DNA from: Anthoceros angustus
Taxonomy: Eukaryota; Plantae; Anthocerotophyta
DNA: 64,000 nucleotides
Assembly: GCA_010909165.1 (NCBI GenBank)
Contig: VJWM01000019.1
Coordinates: forward strand, 1,635,776-1,699,775
Direction of reading: 5' to 3'
Shown: one piece after another, positions 12,217 to 23,699 of the stretch
Layout: the number at the start of each line of letters is the position of its first letter
Position numbering within the stretch: position 1 is the first letter of the stretch
Program-made: the position numbers and the translations under genes
The notes under the pieces: generated by a model
Told to the model about the DNA's origin: nothing
Seen by the model: the letters and a program-made list of their open reading frames with translations, nothing else
The model's database searches: none

Positions 12217-12974
12217 TATGGAATACCGATCTGGTCATGCGGCATCTACATTTTTTTAGGGTTGTGGACAGAAAGAAATATTCCCGCCGCATACGGCGGA
12301 ACTATTTCCGTATGTCACGCATGACCACATCGGTTGGGGCTGTGGCCACCCGGTGTACCGATGTCGTCAACCTACCCCATGATGCACACAAAGCTTTCAC
12401 GATACTTAGAAACTTTTCTTCTCTTGGGTTTAGGGTTGTGTTTAGGCAACTTTTCTTCTCTTGGGTTTAGGGTTGTGTTTAGGGTCATTTGCATTGCCGC
12501 GCCATTGCAGCACTGGGCGCCGTACATGAGCGGTTGCATTTGCGCTGCGCTTACCGTTTGCAATTGCATTTGCACTACACTCATCGTTTGTGTTTGCGGC
12601 GCGGTTGAGTGCGTTTGCCCTTATGTGCAAGGTTGCAATGTTTGGCACTGGCTGCATATGGGGCTGTAACGTTTCCTAGGCCTGTTCCCTATGGGGGTGC
12701 AGTATGTGTGCCTTGGCTGCCTGTTTAACATATATGCGTGGTGATCGGAACCCTAAAACCCTAAACATGTGCATGATACAATCGGAACACCAAGCTATCA
12801 TCGTATCCTAGAAAGTTTTTACCCCGCGTATGAACCTACAGAAGCTGATGTGGTACGTATTATATGTATATTGTATGCAAGTATCTGAAAGATGCCGTAG
12901 CATATTTCTGTAGCGTACATCCAAAAAAACAGTCACACGCACACGATGCCGAGTGACCAGATCGCTATTCCATA
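12217..12974 (-). mobile_element. Non-autonomous TIR element copy B (~760 bp), inverted relative to A
   Basis: Ends TATGGAATACCGATCTGGTCA and TGACCAGATCGCTATTCCATA; reverse complement aligns with 10300-11030. Confidence 0.85.
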
Positions 12975-13178
12975 GCCGTGACGGTGCTACGAAAAGTGTT
13001 TTGTTTTTTTGGCTTATGCAGAAATTTATAATGGTAAAGGTTTTATTGGATCTTCGGCTTCTTGTTTATCCACGATTGTGTAGCACCGAAGACTAGGTCT
13101 GTGCATTTAACAGCTTTGCCCGTAACGGGGGTCTACGCTGGTCGGGACTGGGGTGAAGAAGCAATCAGTCTTGTGGCG

Positions 13179-15049
13179 ATGGTGATGGACTCGCTCTTTG
13201 CGGGCCTCCCGCCCCCGTCGGGTCCGCAGGAAACCCCGGCAGAGCCTTTGGAGTCCTCATCGTCCGTTGTATCCAATGTGACGCATATCGAGCCCGTGCC
13301 TGCGGTGAAATCGGCCTTAGCAGCTTCTGGGAGCAAACGAGGTGCCAAGGATGTGGAGCTAGAAGGTGGTTTCTAGGTCGTCGTCTTCTCTCTGTTCCTG
13401 TTATTTTGTCTTGTGTCTGGAGTAAGAATGGAGAACCTTGGTAATCGCAGGTGAAAAAAGGGTTCGGTTCAGGACCACCGTTGACGCCAGCGCAGAGCAG
13501 GTTTTAAGTGCCATGCACAAAATTGCTGTACATATCAGTAATCCTTCCAAGTTCAACAAGGCTTCAAAGCTGGCTGTGCAACTGCTGGAGGGAGGCAGCG
13601 TAACGAGTGAATCAGCGGAGCCTTTTTTTGGCATTCTGAAGGCGGCCATGGCGCCGCCCTCTCGAGCAACAGAGGCCTCTACCCGGGCAGATTACCTGGC
13701 TCTGTTCGAAGCTGTCCAAGAGCAGCTTGAGGTGAGCTTATGGACTTACTTCCTCTTAATTTCTTACCTGGTTGCCAGTTCCTTTTGCTCGTTCAGAGCG
13801 TTTTTCTTTGGTGTCCGTTGTCTGACTTGACGTGGATGGTTTCAGTGCTTCAGTGCTTCTCAGCAAGCCCAAGTGGACGTGTGGCTTATCTGGGTACAGG
13901 TGGGCAACGATTTGAAAACCGACGATTCTTTCGTGGTAATAATCCTATGGCCTCCACTTGTTTATGCACCTGTATTTATTGACTTGTTGCGTGGTCCAGC
14001 TCAGTACGTTGTGTTGGTGGGGCTTGGATGGTGGGTTTGGCTTTGTATCGCCGGTCAAGGATGCATCTCTAACACCTCAGATAGTCTTGTTTGCATCCTA
14101 GTCCAGCATGGGACTGAACGACAATTATAAGGTGCCATGGCTTCCATGGATGGTCCATTTGGTGAGGGCTTGCTTGACTAGCTCCATCACTGGATTGGCA
14201 GCTCGGGGCCAACTTTGTGTGTAAGTCTGAAGTCCTCTCTGTTTGTAAATGTATTATGGACATATCCACACAGCTCTTTCAGAGTTGGGTGCTGAAAGTG
14301 GACTGTTCGTTGGGTGTTTGCCTGTGGTGTTTTTGCGAAGGAGCCATGCTTCTTCTGATGTCACAGATGTGATGTGTTGCAGTTCTCGAAAGCAGCTGGA
14401 CGTTTGAGGCAGGCTATTGATGCACTCCCAGATGCAACAGAGGAGGACTTGGAGGTCACCAGTGTTCCTGACACGAAGGCACCTCCAACTTGCAGTGATG
14501 TAGAAGTTCCAGAGGGGGCCACTGGGGAAGCTGATCCATTCGGCTTGAATGCTTTTCTGCCAAAACTATCGAAGAAAGAGGAAAGGTTGAAGAGGAAGAA
14601 GGATGAAGAAGCTGCAGCAAGGAAGGCTTCTGAGGATGCCGGAAGACTACTAGGAGAACGCAGGGAAGCGTTACTAGGTTGCTTGAAGGTTGCTGCCGAC
14701 CGTTACAAATTGCCATGGTAGGACCTTGACTGCTTGCTTCAGGTGGTTCTGTTTTGCGTAGCAAATGACCCTGACTCCTGTTACTCTTTTCAGGGCTCAA
14801 ACGATTATCGACATCACAGTAAAGCACGCCAATGACAATCTTGTGAAGTTCACATCCTCTCAGAGAGCAATTGTTGAGGCGCTGTGGTCATCTGTCCGTG
14901 ACCAGCAGACGCGTCGAAGGCAAGGGAAGGTTGCCTCGGATATAACGCCCTTCGAAAGGCTTCAGGCAAAGTATGCTGTAGAAAAAATCAGCATTCGTAA
15001 GGCAGTTGGATCAGGTGGAGGGCGCTCTGCCGAGCAATGGCTTGGTTGA
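13179..15049 (+). CDS. Conserved plant protein of unknown function, multi-exon
   Basis: MDSLFAGLPPPS, KRVRFRTTVDAS, MHKIAVHISNPSKFNKASKLA, VGNDLKTDDSFV|FSKAAGRL, EADPFGL, FERLQAKY...IRKAVGSGGGRSAEQWLG*; frames join at GT-AG introns. Confidence 0.85.
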
Positions 15050-15685
15050 GGTAGGCGTGTACAACAAAATAGACAACTTTCTACAATTGTTTTTGTATAA
15101 TTAAAAAAAAATGGTTATTCTAGAAGGATGACTGCTGGAAGTGGAAACTCCAAAATAAGAGGTGCTGCTATCGTCCGACGACACAGACGAACCAGAAGAT
15201 ATCGGCAACGACATGCCATCTCACAGATCCCTGTGAACCAGGGAGCCATTGCTCTCTCCCAAGATTCTGTAGCGTCTTCATCCAACAAAGGTGCTTGAGT
15301 TACAGATGCCGAAGCGCAGTTCAATACGTTTGGCACGGCTAGTTCTATAAGAACAGAAACATGGCTTCGCACAGAAAAGTTTCCAAGCAAATGGAAGACC
15401 TCATTGTCATTGCCCAACCCAAATTATGTCCTACATCCCTGTGTTGAATGAAGGTCTGCGTTGCTCAATCGCAACAGCAGAGCAGACTTCGCTGTACCGC
15501 TCCTGCCAGGACGCTCTTGCCGCGGTGGATGAGTTGGTCCTAAGGCGTGATGAGGCAAAATGCTCATATTGGAGCTGCTGGATCTGGTGAACTGCGTTCA
15601 AAGTCCAAACAACCTAGCCCCAGCTTGTTCCTCACAGACAAGTGACATGCGCCACGGCATGCTGGCATGGACAATCTAATCTGAT

Positions 15686-16178
15686 TCACAGGAACTTGCG
15701 GGGAGGCTTTCCACCTGACTCGTCCTGCATTCTCTGCAAACAAAACAGACAGCAATTGACGTGTGTCACAGATTTGTTGCTCACTTGCTCCACTCAGCTA
15801 AAATCCTGTCAAATACGATACCCTGACAATGCAAAAACCCTCGTTTGCCATAGAAGACATCTAATTCCCCAGACATACACCAAACCTAAATCACAAATGC
15901 AGAGCCAACGCATCGGATGCAGCGGTCATGCGACAAGAGGAAGGACAGGCCTGCCTGACACTCACAAACTTCATGTAACAAGAAGAATGAAAGGATTTCC
16001 TGACACTTACGAACTCTTTCTTGATGGCCTGGTGCACCACCACGGGAACCAGCAGCCCGAAGGTGAAGACAATGGCGAGATTGCGCCGCGTGAAGCGGAA
16101 GGTCTTCTCAAGGTTCTCCCTGGACGCGGCCCATTCCTCTATGTATCTGTTCTTGTGCACATCCATGCCCCCCGCCAT
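15686..16178 (-). CDS. NDUFB4: Mitochondrial complex I subunit NDUFB4 (B15)-like, 71 aa, 2 exons (16011-16178, 15686-15733)
   Basis: MAGGMDVHKNRYIEEWAASRENLEKTFRFTRRNLAIVFTFGLLVPVVVHQAIKKEF|RMQDESGGKPPRKFL* matches the plant B15 pattern; GTAAGT donor and GCAG acceptor. Confidence 0.88.
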
Positions 16179-16714
16179 CGCTGCCTCTGCTGATCTTCAC
16201 CAGGCAATGTCGCTGCCACTCGTTCGCTCTCACCTTGCGTAGCCTTTACTCCGTGCTGCGTTCACATTGGTGTAAAACCTAACTTGGAATGGGAAGTAAA
16301 ATCGGTCGGCGGCGTCAGCGACGTGGAAAAGGAACACCTGGTGCACGTCAGCCGTATCTCTCGTTTACCCGCCATTTTCGTCGCGATGTCGCTCTAGTCG
16401 GCATGCTGCTCTCCTTCTCCTCCTGAGACCAGCTCGTCGACCTGCGGTTTGGTGAAGTTCTATCCTTGCTGTGAGAATTGAGGCTGCAGCCTGGAGCCTG
16501 ATGATGTTGGACTGAGCTAGTGGATGTCTCTTTGCTGAAGCTGCATCCCGTTATGAGCTAGCTGATTGTTCTGTTGTGAAGTGGTGATTATTTGCGTCGG
16601 TCGGCGGTGTGGGTACAAGTTGTTTGAGGCAATTGCAAGTTGTTTGTGTTGAGGGGACCTGTATTGGTGTGTGTCAGGGGAACGTTCCTGTCGTGGTTCT
16701 AGCTGAGGTAATCA

Positions 16715-19144
16715 ATGCCAGAGCTTCCAGAAGTAGAGGCTGCTCGTCGGGTACTGGAGGAGCATGCCAAGGGGAAATTGATTGTGAGGGCCGTCGTAGC
16801 CGAGGATTCTAAGGTTATTACCGGAGTTGAGCCTCTTCAGCTTCAACAGAGCCTTACAGGAAAGAGAATTCAAAATGTCAATCGCAAAGGCAAGAATATG
16901 TGGCTTGAACTAGATGAGCGGCCATGGCCCACTTTTCAATTTGGTAAGTCCTTTGAGGTTGCAATGTGCATTGATATCGTTCCGATTCTCGGCAGTAAGT
17001 TGTGTGCAGTCTTTATTTGCACCCACCACCCAACTTCGCTTGCAGGTATGGCCGGGGCAATCCACGTCAAAGGAGGGCAGACGGTTAAGTACAAGAGGTA
17101 TTGTTCGTTATTGTTTAGAGGTGACATGCAGGTATGCTTGGAGTTTGAGGACGGCCTTAGAGGTCTTGGGAAGAAGTCTGAGTTTCATTTTTTTCAAATC
17201 GGGCTCTGTGGAGCAGGGCTGTTACTGCCGACGATGATGAATGGCCTCCAAAGTATTCCAAGGTTCTTGCGGAGGTATGACCGCAAGTTAAGTTTCATGT
17301 GTGCCTATTGGCCCCCTGATGCCTGTGCCGTTGCATTATGTTACTTGGTTCTTGTTTGTTCTGCAGCTGGAGGACGGACAGGAGTTCTCATTTTCTGATG
17401 TCCGACGCTTTGCTCGAATTCGGCTTGTTGAGGACGTGAGAAAAGCAGCTTTTTGCGTACGGAACATTATAAGCAGACATATTTGGTGATGCTAGGCATT
17501 GAGCATGTGTCATCATGTCTTCTGTGCAGCCTAAAACATCTCCTCCCATCTCAGAGCTGGGTCCAGATGCATATTTGGAGCTTCCTAGTGAGGAAGAATT
17601 TCTGACGATGTTAAGAGCAAAGAAAGGTTCTATTAAGGCTTTGCTGCTGGACCAGGTTGGTTGCTAGAGCGTGTTGTGTGGTTGGCTGCTTGGAAATGGA
17701 CAGCACTCGGTTCTGCACCTGCTAATTATCTTCGGATGCTGTGATGATGCTTTGTTGGTGCAGAGTTTTCTGTCCGGCATAGGCAACTGGGTGGCGGATG
17801 AAGCCCTCTACCAGGTACTCGTATGGAAATTTAGTTCAATGTCTTTACTTCGAATGCAAGTCCTAGGGCGCTTAATGGCTGGGTTCAGGCTGTCCTCAGT
17901 GTTGAGGTGGTGTGAGTGTGTGTTGCAGGCCAAAATCCATCCAGAGCAGGTAGCATCAAGTCTTTCAGATGAGCAGAGTTCCATCCTCAGGGATGCCATT
18001 AAAAAGGTAGGGAAGGCTCAAGACACGTTTCTACTTTGAGCATGAATCTTGTGCTGGTGGATCTTGCTCACGTGTAGCTTGAAGGTCTGATCGTGTAGGT
18101 TTTGGAATTGGCGGTACACGTTAACGCTGATAGTGCGCAATTTCCCTCTGATTGGATATTCCATAACCGCTGGGGCAAGAAACCTGGCAGTGTCAATGGT
18201 GAGAGCCTCCATTGTTCAGCTTTCTTCTGGACTGTGTGACAGTTAGCCTGCACATTTGCGTGCCAGGTACTTGAAATAGCTATTGAAGCTGGAGCAGACA
18301 GCAGCCGGTATCCTGACGACTGGATTTTCCACATCCGGGACAAGAAGGCAGCCAAGGCCTCTGGTGAGGATCTAAGGCATGGCCGTTTGTCATTCACAAC
18401 TTGTGAATAATACATGGCGGAAGCTGCCAGGGCAAGGGACCGTTGGGTGTCAAGATTGTGGTCAAGCTCCAAGAAAGCGGTTATTGCTTGGAGCTGAGCA
18501 CATTATTGCAGCTATCCAGAAACTGATGGCCTTGATTTTGATGGTTGCTGTGGCAAATCTTCGTCTCATCAGTTCACGTGTTTGCTGCAGGTAAGAAAAT
18601 CGACTTCATTAAAGTTGGTGGCCGGGTAAGGTCCATCTGCTAGCTAGGTTCACGATGTTTAGTTTGATTGTATGAGATCTGTTGTTTATCTTTTGCTGCC
18701 AATTTTTTGCAGACATCAGCGTATGTCCCAGAGTTGCAGAAGCTCACTGGACCATTAGAAGTTGAGAAGCCTCCTCGCAAGAGAGCTTCATCCCGAAAAA
18801 GCGATGATCAGTCAGAGAGCGAGGACAATTCAGGAAAAGCTCAACCAAAAGGGGGCAAGAAAAGAAGGGCCAAGAAAAAGGAGGCAGAGATGGAGTCTTC
18901 AGATGAGGACAATGAGGAAGACCAGGAAGAAGATGAGGAAGACTCGGCTGCCGTGACTGCAGGAACCAGGAAAGGTCGATCAAGGTCTGCCAAGAAGGAA
19001 GACACTTCAGACGAGCCATTGAAAAGGGGCAGGGCTACAAAAGCCAAGCCAATTGCTACTGGGCAGCAGAAGGCACCAGTGACAGAGAAGGTGGGAACTA
19101 GAAGTCAATCTGTAGCAGTGTCCAGAAAGTCCAAGAGGAAATAA
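16715..19144 (+). CDS. FPG: Formamidopyrimidine-DNA glycosylase (Fpg/MutM, plant MMH type) with acidic/basic C-terminal tail and a mutually exclusive exon pair
   Basis: N-terminal MPELPEVE, RKGKNMW, FQFG|MAG, DVRRFARIRL, LGPDA, LLLDQ|SFLSGIGNWVADEALYQ|AKIHP, GGR|TSAYVPELQKL; no zinc finger, as in plant Fpg. Confidence 0.95.
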
Positions 19145-19923
19145 AATGGGATTGAAGGTTAACTTAAGCAGAGTGCTAAAGTTGATCGCCATTTTGTGGG
19201 ATTGTTTGCATGCTTTGCCTCTCAATTATGCTGGCGGCACCTGCATTCTGCAAGCCCCAGTGAGGCCTCCCATGTTTTGCAAGGTCAGTGGAATTGCTGT
19301 CTGGTTTTCAAAACTGTGTGTGGTCACCAGTCGTAGGTCGCGTATTTTTTCTTGTAAAATTGTTAACAATGTTTTGATATGCAGGAACCCGTGCTTGGAG
19401 GTGCAAGAGCCAGTGCCCTGCAGCATTCCATGCCTTCGAGATCTGCATCTGTAGTTCGAGGATACAGAACGGCTTGCAATCCGAGAAATACCTCCTCTCC
19501 AGTCTGGTCTCGTCAATTCAGCAGTTTACAAGCGTTGGGTGCCTACGGATATGTTCAGGAGATAAGTCCTGCTGCTGCATTTCCCAACACAACAAGCTGC
19601 GTTCAGAGGAGATGGGGAACCTGTTCCATCCGCGAACTTGAAGAGGAGAGAGTACTCGGCAAAGCCAAACTCCACGTGCATCAGGTCCGTAGCCTAACGG
19701 TGGGTTTGCGGGTTTGCATGTCGCTTCTGAGGAGGCCTGCTTGTCTGGTTTGATCTTCTCAGCAGCAGCTTGGAGACCTTCAAGTAGCACTCCACTTTTT
19801 GTAGAGAAATCGCAAGACATGAGAGTTCAGTTCTCGAACATCGGCAATATTTTTGTTTTTCGGGAATAAAATGTAAGACCCACTTTCGGGGTTTCAGTTA
19901 GCAGTTGTTAGTCAGGAAACCTT

Positions 19924-21060
19924 TCAAGAGCGGGGCTTTGCGGTCCAGCCAAGCTGCTGCCGCAAGATGAAAGCAAGCGAGGCAAGGCCTGCTGCAAGAT
20001 AAGGAAAGATGGAAACTGCAGCCACAAAAGACGCCACTGTGGCCAAAGCCCTTACAGGATGCTCCCTCAACACAATCCCAACCCCTAGCTGTAGGGGCAG
20101 CGTAATTAAACCTCCGGCGCAAACCCCTGCAAAATATCGTTCAGGAGCAATTCCGGCCGCACCAGCCAGGAACGATGTTGGATTGCGAACTCCGAGCGAG
20201 AAGCGTTCCACAAATCCGATCAAATTGCCGTACCGCTGCACCGAGGCCATCACCTTCTCCACCTGCTCCTTGCTCACGCCAATCTTGTCCCGGATCCTGC
20301 CTCCCGACCTGGCCGCCAGCCTGCCTGCGTAGAACGGCACCATGTCACTGATGCACACTCCCCAGTACACCCAGAGCACCGTGGACGTGATGTAGCCCGC
20401 ATTCTCCGACAGAGATCTGAGCAGAGCGTCCCGGGATCCCTCCAGCGCCAGGCTCCGCCCGAGCGCGGTGCCGACCCAGACGTTGAGCGCCTCCTCGCTC
20501 ACGAAGAGCCCGAATCCGGCAGCCATGAGCAAGCAGAAGTAGATCCAGCCTGGAGTGCGCTGTCCGAGGTCCAGCTTCCTGCCGAAGAACTCCCACGTGA
20601 TATGCACCGGAGCCTGCACCTCCGCGGCAGCAGTAGCAGCAGCAGCAGGTGCTGCAGAGCCGATTCCCTCCACGCCAGCAAACATCCCCCTGCCTAAGGC
20701 CACCATGACCACCAGTCCCGTAGCTACCAAAGCCCCGACCAGCAGCCAGAGCCGCGGCCTTCCCCGCCCCGGTTTGCCTCCCCTCTCCTCCTCCTCCTCG
20801 TCGCCGCTAGTAGAAGCGCCATAGCCGTTTTCCGCATCGAGCGCCCCGTCAGATTGGTTCTCGGACCATCTCACCCTCCGCCTGCAGCTGCCAGTAGACG
20901 CGGAACGTGAAGGTGGTGCCACAGTGAGAGATCCCGGCCGCAATCCCGGCAAGCAAATATAGGCGCGCTTGGCTGTCGGCCTGGCCGCTGGAAGCCGCGG
21001 CGCAGCGTCATCTGCACAGAAACGTGAGATGCTGCACGGCGAAGCTCCCGCGAGCGCCAT
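19924..21060 (-). CDS. Plastid-targeted DedA/VTT (SNARE-associated) family membrane protein, intronless
   Basis: Single ORF; transit-like N-terminus; LLMAAGFGLFVSEE, GVCISDMVPFYAGR, YGNLIGFVERFSLGVRNPTSFLAGA resemble DedA motifs. Confidence 0.8.
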   Translation of the reverse strand: MALAGASPCSISRFCADDAAPRLPAARPTAKRAYICLPGLRPGSLTVAPPSRSASTGSCRRRVRWSENQSDGALDAENGYGASTSGDEEEEERGGKPGRGRPRLWLLVGALVATGLVVMVALGRGMFAGVEGIGSAAPAAAATAAAEVQAPVHITWEFFGRKLDLGQRTPGWIYFCLLMAAGFGLFVSEEALNVWVGTALGRSLALEGSRDALLRSLSENAGYITSTVLWVYWGVCISDMVPFYAGRLAARSGGRIRDKIGVSKEQVEKVMASVQRYGNLIGFVERFSLGVRNPTSFLAGAAGIAPERYFAGVCAGGLITLPLQLGVGIVLREHPVRALATVASFVAAVSIFPYLAAGLASLAFILRQQLGWTAKPRS

Positions 21061-21356
21061 AGCCGGAAGAGGGAGCTTCGCTTGGTGAACGGCCACACAA
21101 CAAACATGCCCGGTCGGCACGGTTTCCGTCCATTCAAATCTAAAACCACACTGGAAGCCGGATTAACGCTGTTTTGGCGGGAAATTGCCGCCATTGTTGT
21201 GTGACTAGCGGCGTCATGTGCGGTTTGCGCTCATCGTCGGATGGTGGATTCTGTGGCAAGGAGGAAGGTGATTCAATTTGAGCGAGCTCCTGCAAGAGGC
21301 CAAGGCTGAGGAGGCGGCAGGATCCCTGATGCCTCGGAGTCGGATCTGTTCGGAGG

Positions 21357-22496
21357 ATGGCTGTGGAAGAAGGTGACCTCGTGTGTGTGGCTCTCGCGAA
21401 ATGAAATGTGATCGTGTCTTATCACCAGCTGGTGCTGATTTCTTGTGCTTGTTTGGTCTTCATCAGCTCATGTGCTCGCGTATGTTAACGAGGTACGCAT
21501 CTGTGCATTCTGAGGGGGTGGTTGAATGTCATCTGTTCCACCTGAACTGACACAGTTGCGAATCTTCAAATATTGGCAGCAAAACAGACCGCTCAATTCT
21601 CAGAATGTTGCTGATGCTCTTCAAAAGTACAACCTCAAGAAAGCTGGTATACAGAAGGCACTTGACAATCTTGCAGACAGTGGAAAGATCTCCTTCAAAG
21701 AATATGGCAAGCAGAGAATATACCTTGCCAAGCAAGACCAGTTTGAAATCCCAAATGCGGAGGAACTGGAGCAGATGAAAAAACTGAACGATGCTTTGCA
21801 AGAAGAGCTGGCAGCAGAGAAGAAGGCAGTGACTGAGCTAGAAGCAGGTGTCATGTCTGTGGTACTTCATCGTTTCGCTGGCATGTCCTTTATCCTGTCA
21901 TACAGCTAAGTTCTCTCAGTTCTTCTGTGCAGAGATCCGTTCTGTAGAATCGAATATGACGGGGGAGCAGATTGCTGAGAAAATATCCAAGCTCACTGAA
22001 AAGGTGAGCGAACCTCTTGGCTGTCAGCCTCCCTCCCCCCCCCACCCAGCATATGCGAGCTTGATCTTGTGAGACCCTATCTCGAAATGCACTTTTCAGC
22101 TCACAGAAACATCCGCACGCAGATAGCCAGAATGGAGAAGAAGCTGGCCAAACTTAGAGAAGGACCTCCAGCGATAACAGCAGAAGAAAGACAGAAAATA
22201 CAAGAGGCATACGAGTCCAAGATGGCCCAATGGAGAAAGAGGAAGCGAATGTTCAAGGATCTCTGGGATATGATTACTGAAACTATGCCAAGGAACCACG
22301 CCGAATTCAAGGTTATCTCTTAACATTGGACTTCCCCTGTTCATGGAGCGAACATATTTCTCCCGCATCCTGCTCTTACATTGCATTGTCCTGCTTGTGC
22401 CTCTGTGGACAGGAAGAGCTAGGTATCGAGACGGATGAGGATGCAGGAGTGAGCTTGCAAAATTTCTGCAACATCTCCAAGAAACAAAAACGCTAG
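21357..22496 (+). CDS. HOP2: Homologous-pairing protein 2 (HOP2/TBPIP), multi-exon
   Basis: VLAYVNE|QNRPLNSQNVADAL, KALDNLAD, KEYGKQRIY, QDQFEIP, WRKRKRMFKDLWD, EELGIETDED; the ATG at 21357 is inferred from exon phase. Confidence 0.92.
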
Positions 22497-22899
22497 AAGC
22501 GAATTGTATGTTTCCCAGTTGTACTAAACAGCAATAAAAACATAAGTCCCGTCTGCACCGTCTCAGCTGCAGCACAGTAAGGGCAGAGTACGGCAATACC
22601 ACACAGGAATACCTCAGAAAACAGTGCAAAACAAAAAAGGAGGGCACAAATGTAGATGTTATTGCACATTGAAGGAAACCGAACAGAACTGAAGAGAACA
22701 ACGAAGTCCCTAGCATTCCCCAGCTGAAAACCCTAGCTGGAGCGGTGGCATTTTAATGCACACGCTCCGCTGGTGAGGGAACCAGCCCTGATGAAGGCCT
22801 CATACTTTCTACTCAAACATGCCAAGCTGCGGAAGCAGCTCAACGTGACTCAAGGTACAAAAAGAATGACTGGATGAACTAAGAAGTATTGAAAACCTT

Positions 22900-23343
22900 T
22901 TACGCCTCTTGCAGCTTATCCTCAGCGTGGGTCTCAATCACCAAGTCTGATGTGGGGTAGGCAACGCAGGTCAGGACATAGCCAGCTGCAACCTGGTCGT
23001 CATCCAAGAAAGAGCCATCGCTTTGGTCGACTGAGCCGTTCTCCACGATTCCGGCGCAGGAAGAGCAGGCTCCCGCCCGGCAAGAAGACGGCAGGTCCAA
23101 TCCAGCTTCTTCGCCGACTTCCAAAATGTACTTGTCATCGGGGACTTCGAGGACGTGCGAGCCGGTCGGGGTCTTGAGCGTCACCTTGTACACGGCGGCC
23201 TGAATGCGGCTCTGGGAGGCCTTGATCCCGAAGAGCGAGCTGGGGGTGGCCGGCTTCAGCGACACCGAGGTCTTGGAGCAGAAGGAGGAGGCCATGGCCG
23301 GGGCCACCACCAGGGACGCCATCGCTGCTGCTGTGGCCGCCAT
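22900..23343 (-). CDS. PETF: Chloroplast leaf-type [2Fe-2S] ferredoxin, intronless
   Basis: Transit peptide then [10 protein letters not shown]; [10 protein letters not shown] and [11 protein letters not shown] cluster motifs. Confidence 0.97.
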   Translation of the reverse strand: MAATAAAMASLVVAPAMASSFCSKTSVSLKPATPSSLFGIKASQSRIQAAVYKVTLKTPTGSHVLEVPDDKYILEVGEEAGLDLPSSCRAGACSSCAGIVENGSVDQSDGSFLDDDQVAAGYVLTCVAYPTSDLVIETHAEDKLQEA

Positions 23344-23699
23344 AGCTGCGCTTCGCGTCCTCGGTGGCCTGCCGGAGCGGGTCGGGGGGCGTGCTGTGCC
23401 TTGCGCTGCTGGAGCTGTGAGCGTGCTGGAAGCGTGAATGCAATGCAAGGGAGAGTCGGAGGCAAAGATTTGAGGGAAATGACGTGCGGCCAGAGTGTGG
23501 TAGCCACAGGTCCCCTGCCGGTTCGGTTTGCCGAGCCAGGCTTATCCTGCTGCACTGGCCTCCCCGTTCCGTTGTGGCCATGAGACGGGATAAGGAACAG
23601 GCGGCGAGCAGGCTCGGGGACCGCTCCGGCCAATCGCCTGCCTTCACCGGACGAGGCTCGGGCCGCTTGAGCACCATAATCCTCAGTAGCCAATGGCCG

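Noticed and set aside
10300-12974. A single foldback/Mutator element with ~750-bp TIRs
   Set aside because: Each arm has its own short TIRs, the middle element has its own TIRs and TSD, and there is no 9-bp TSD around the whole; three insertions plus an inversion fit better
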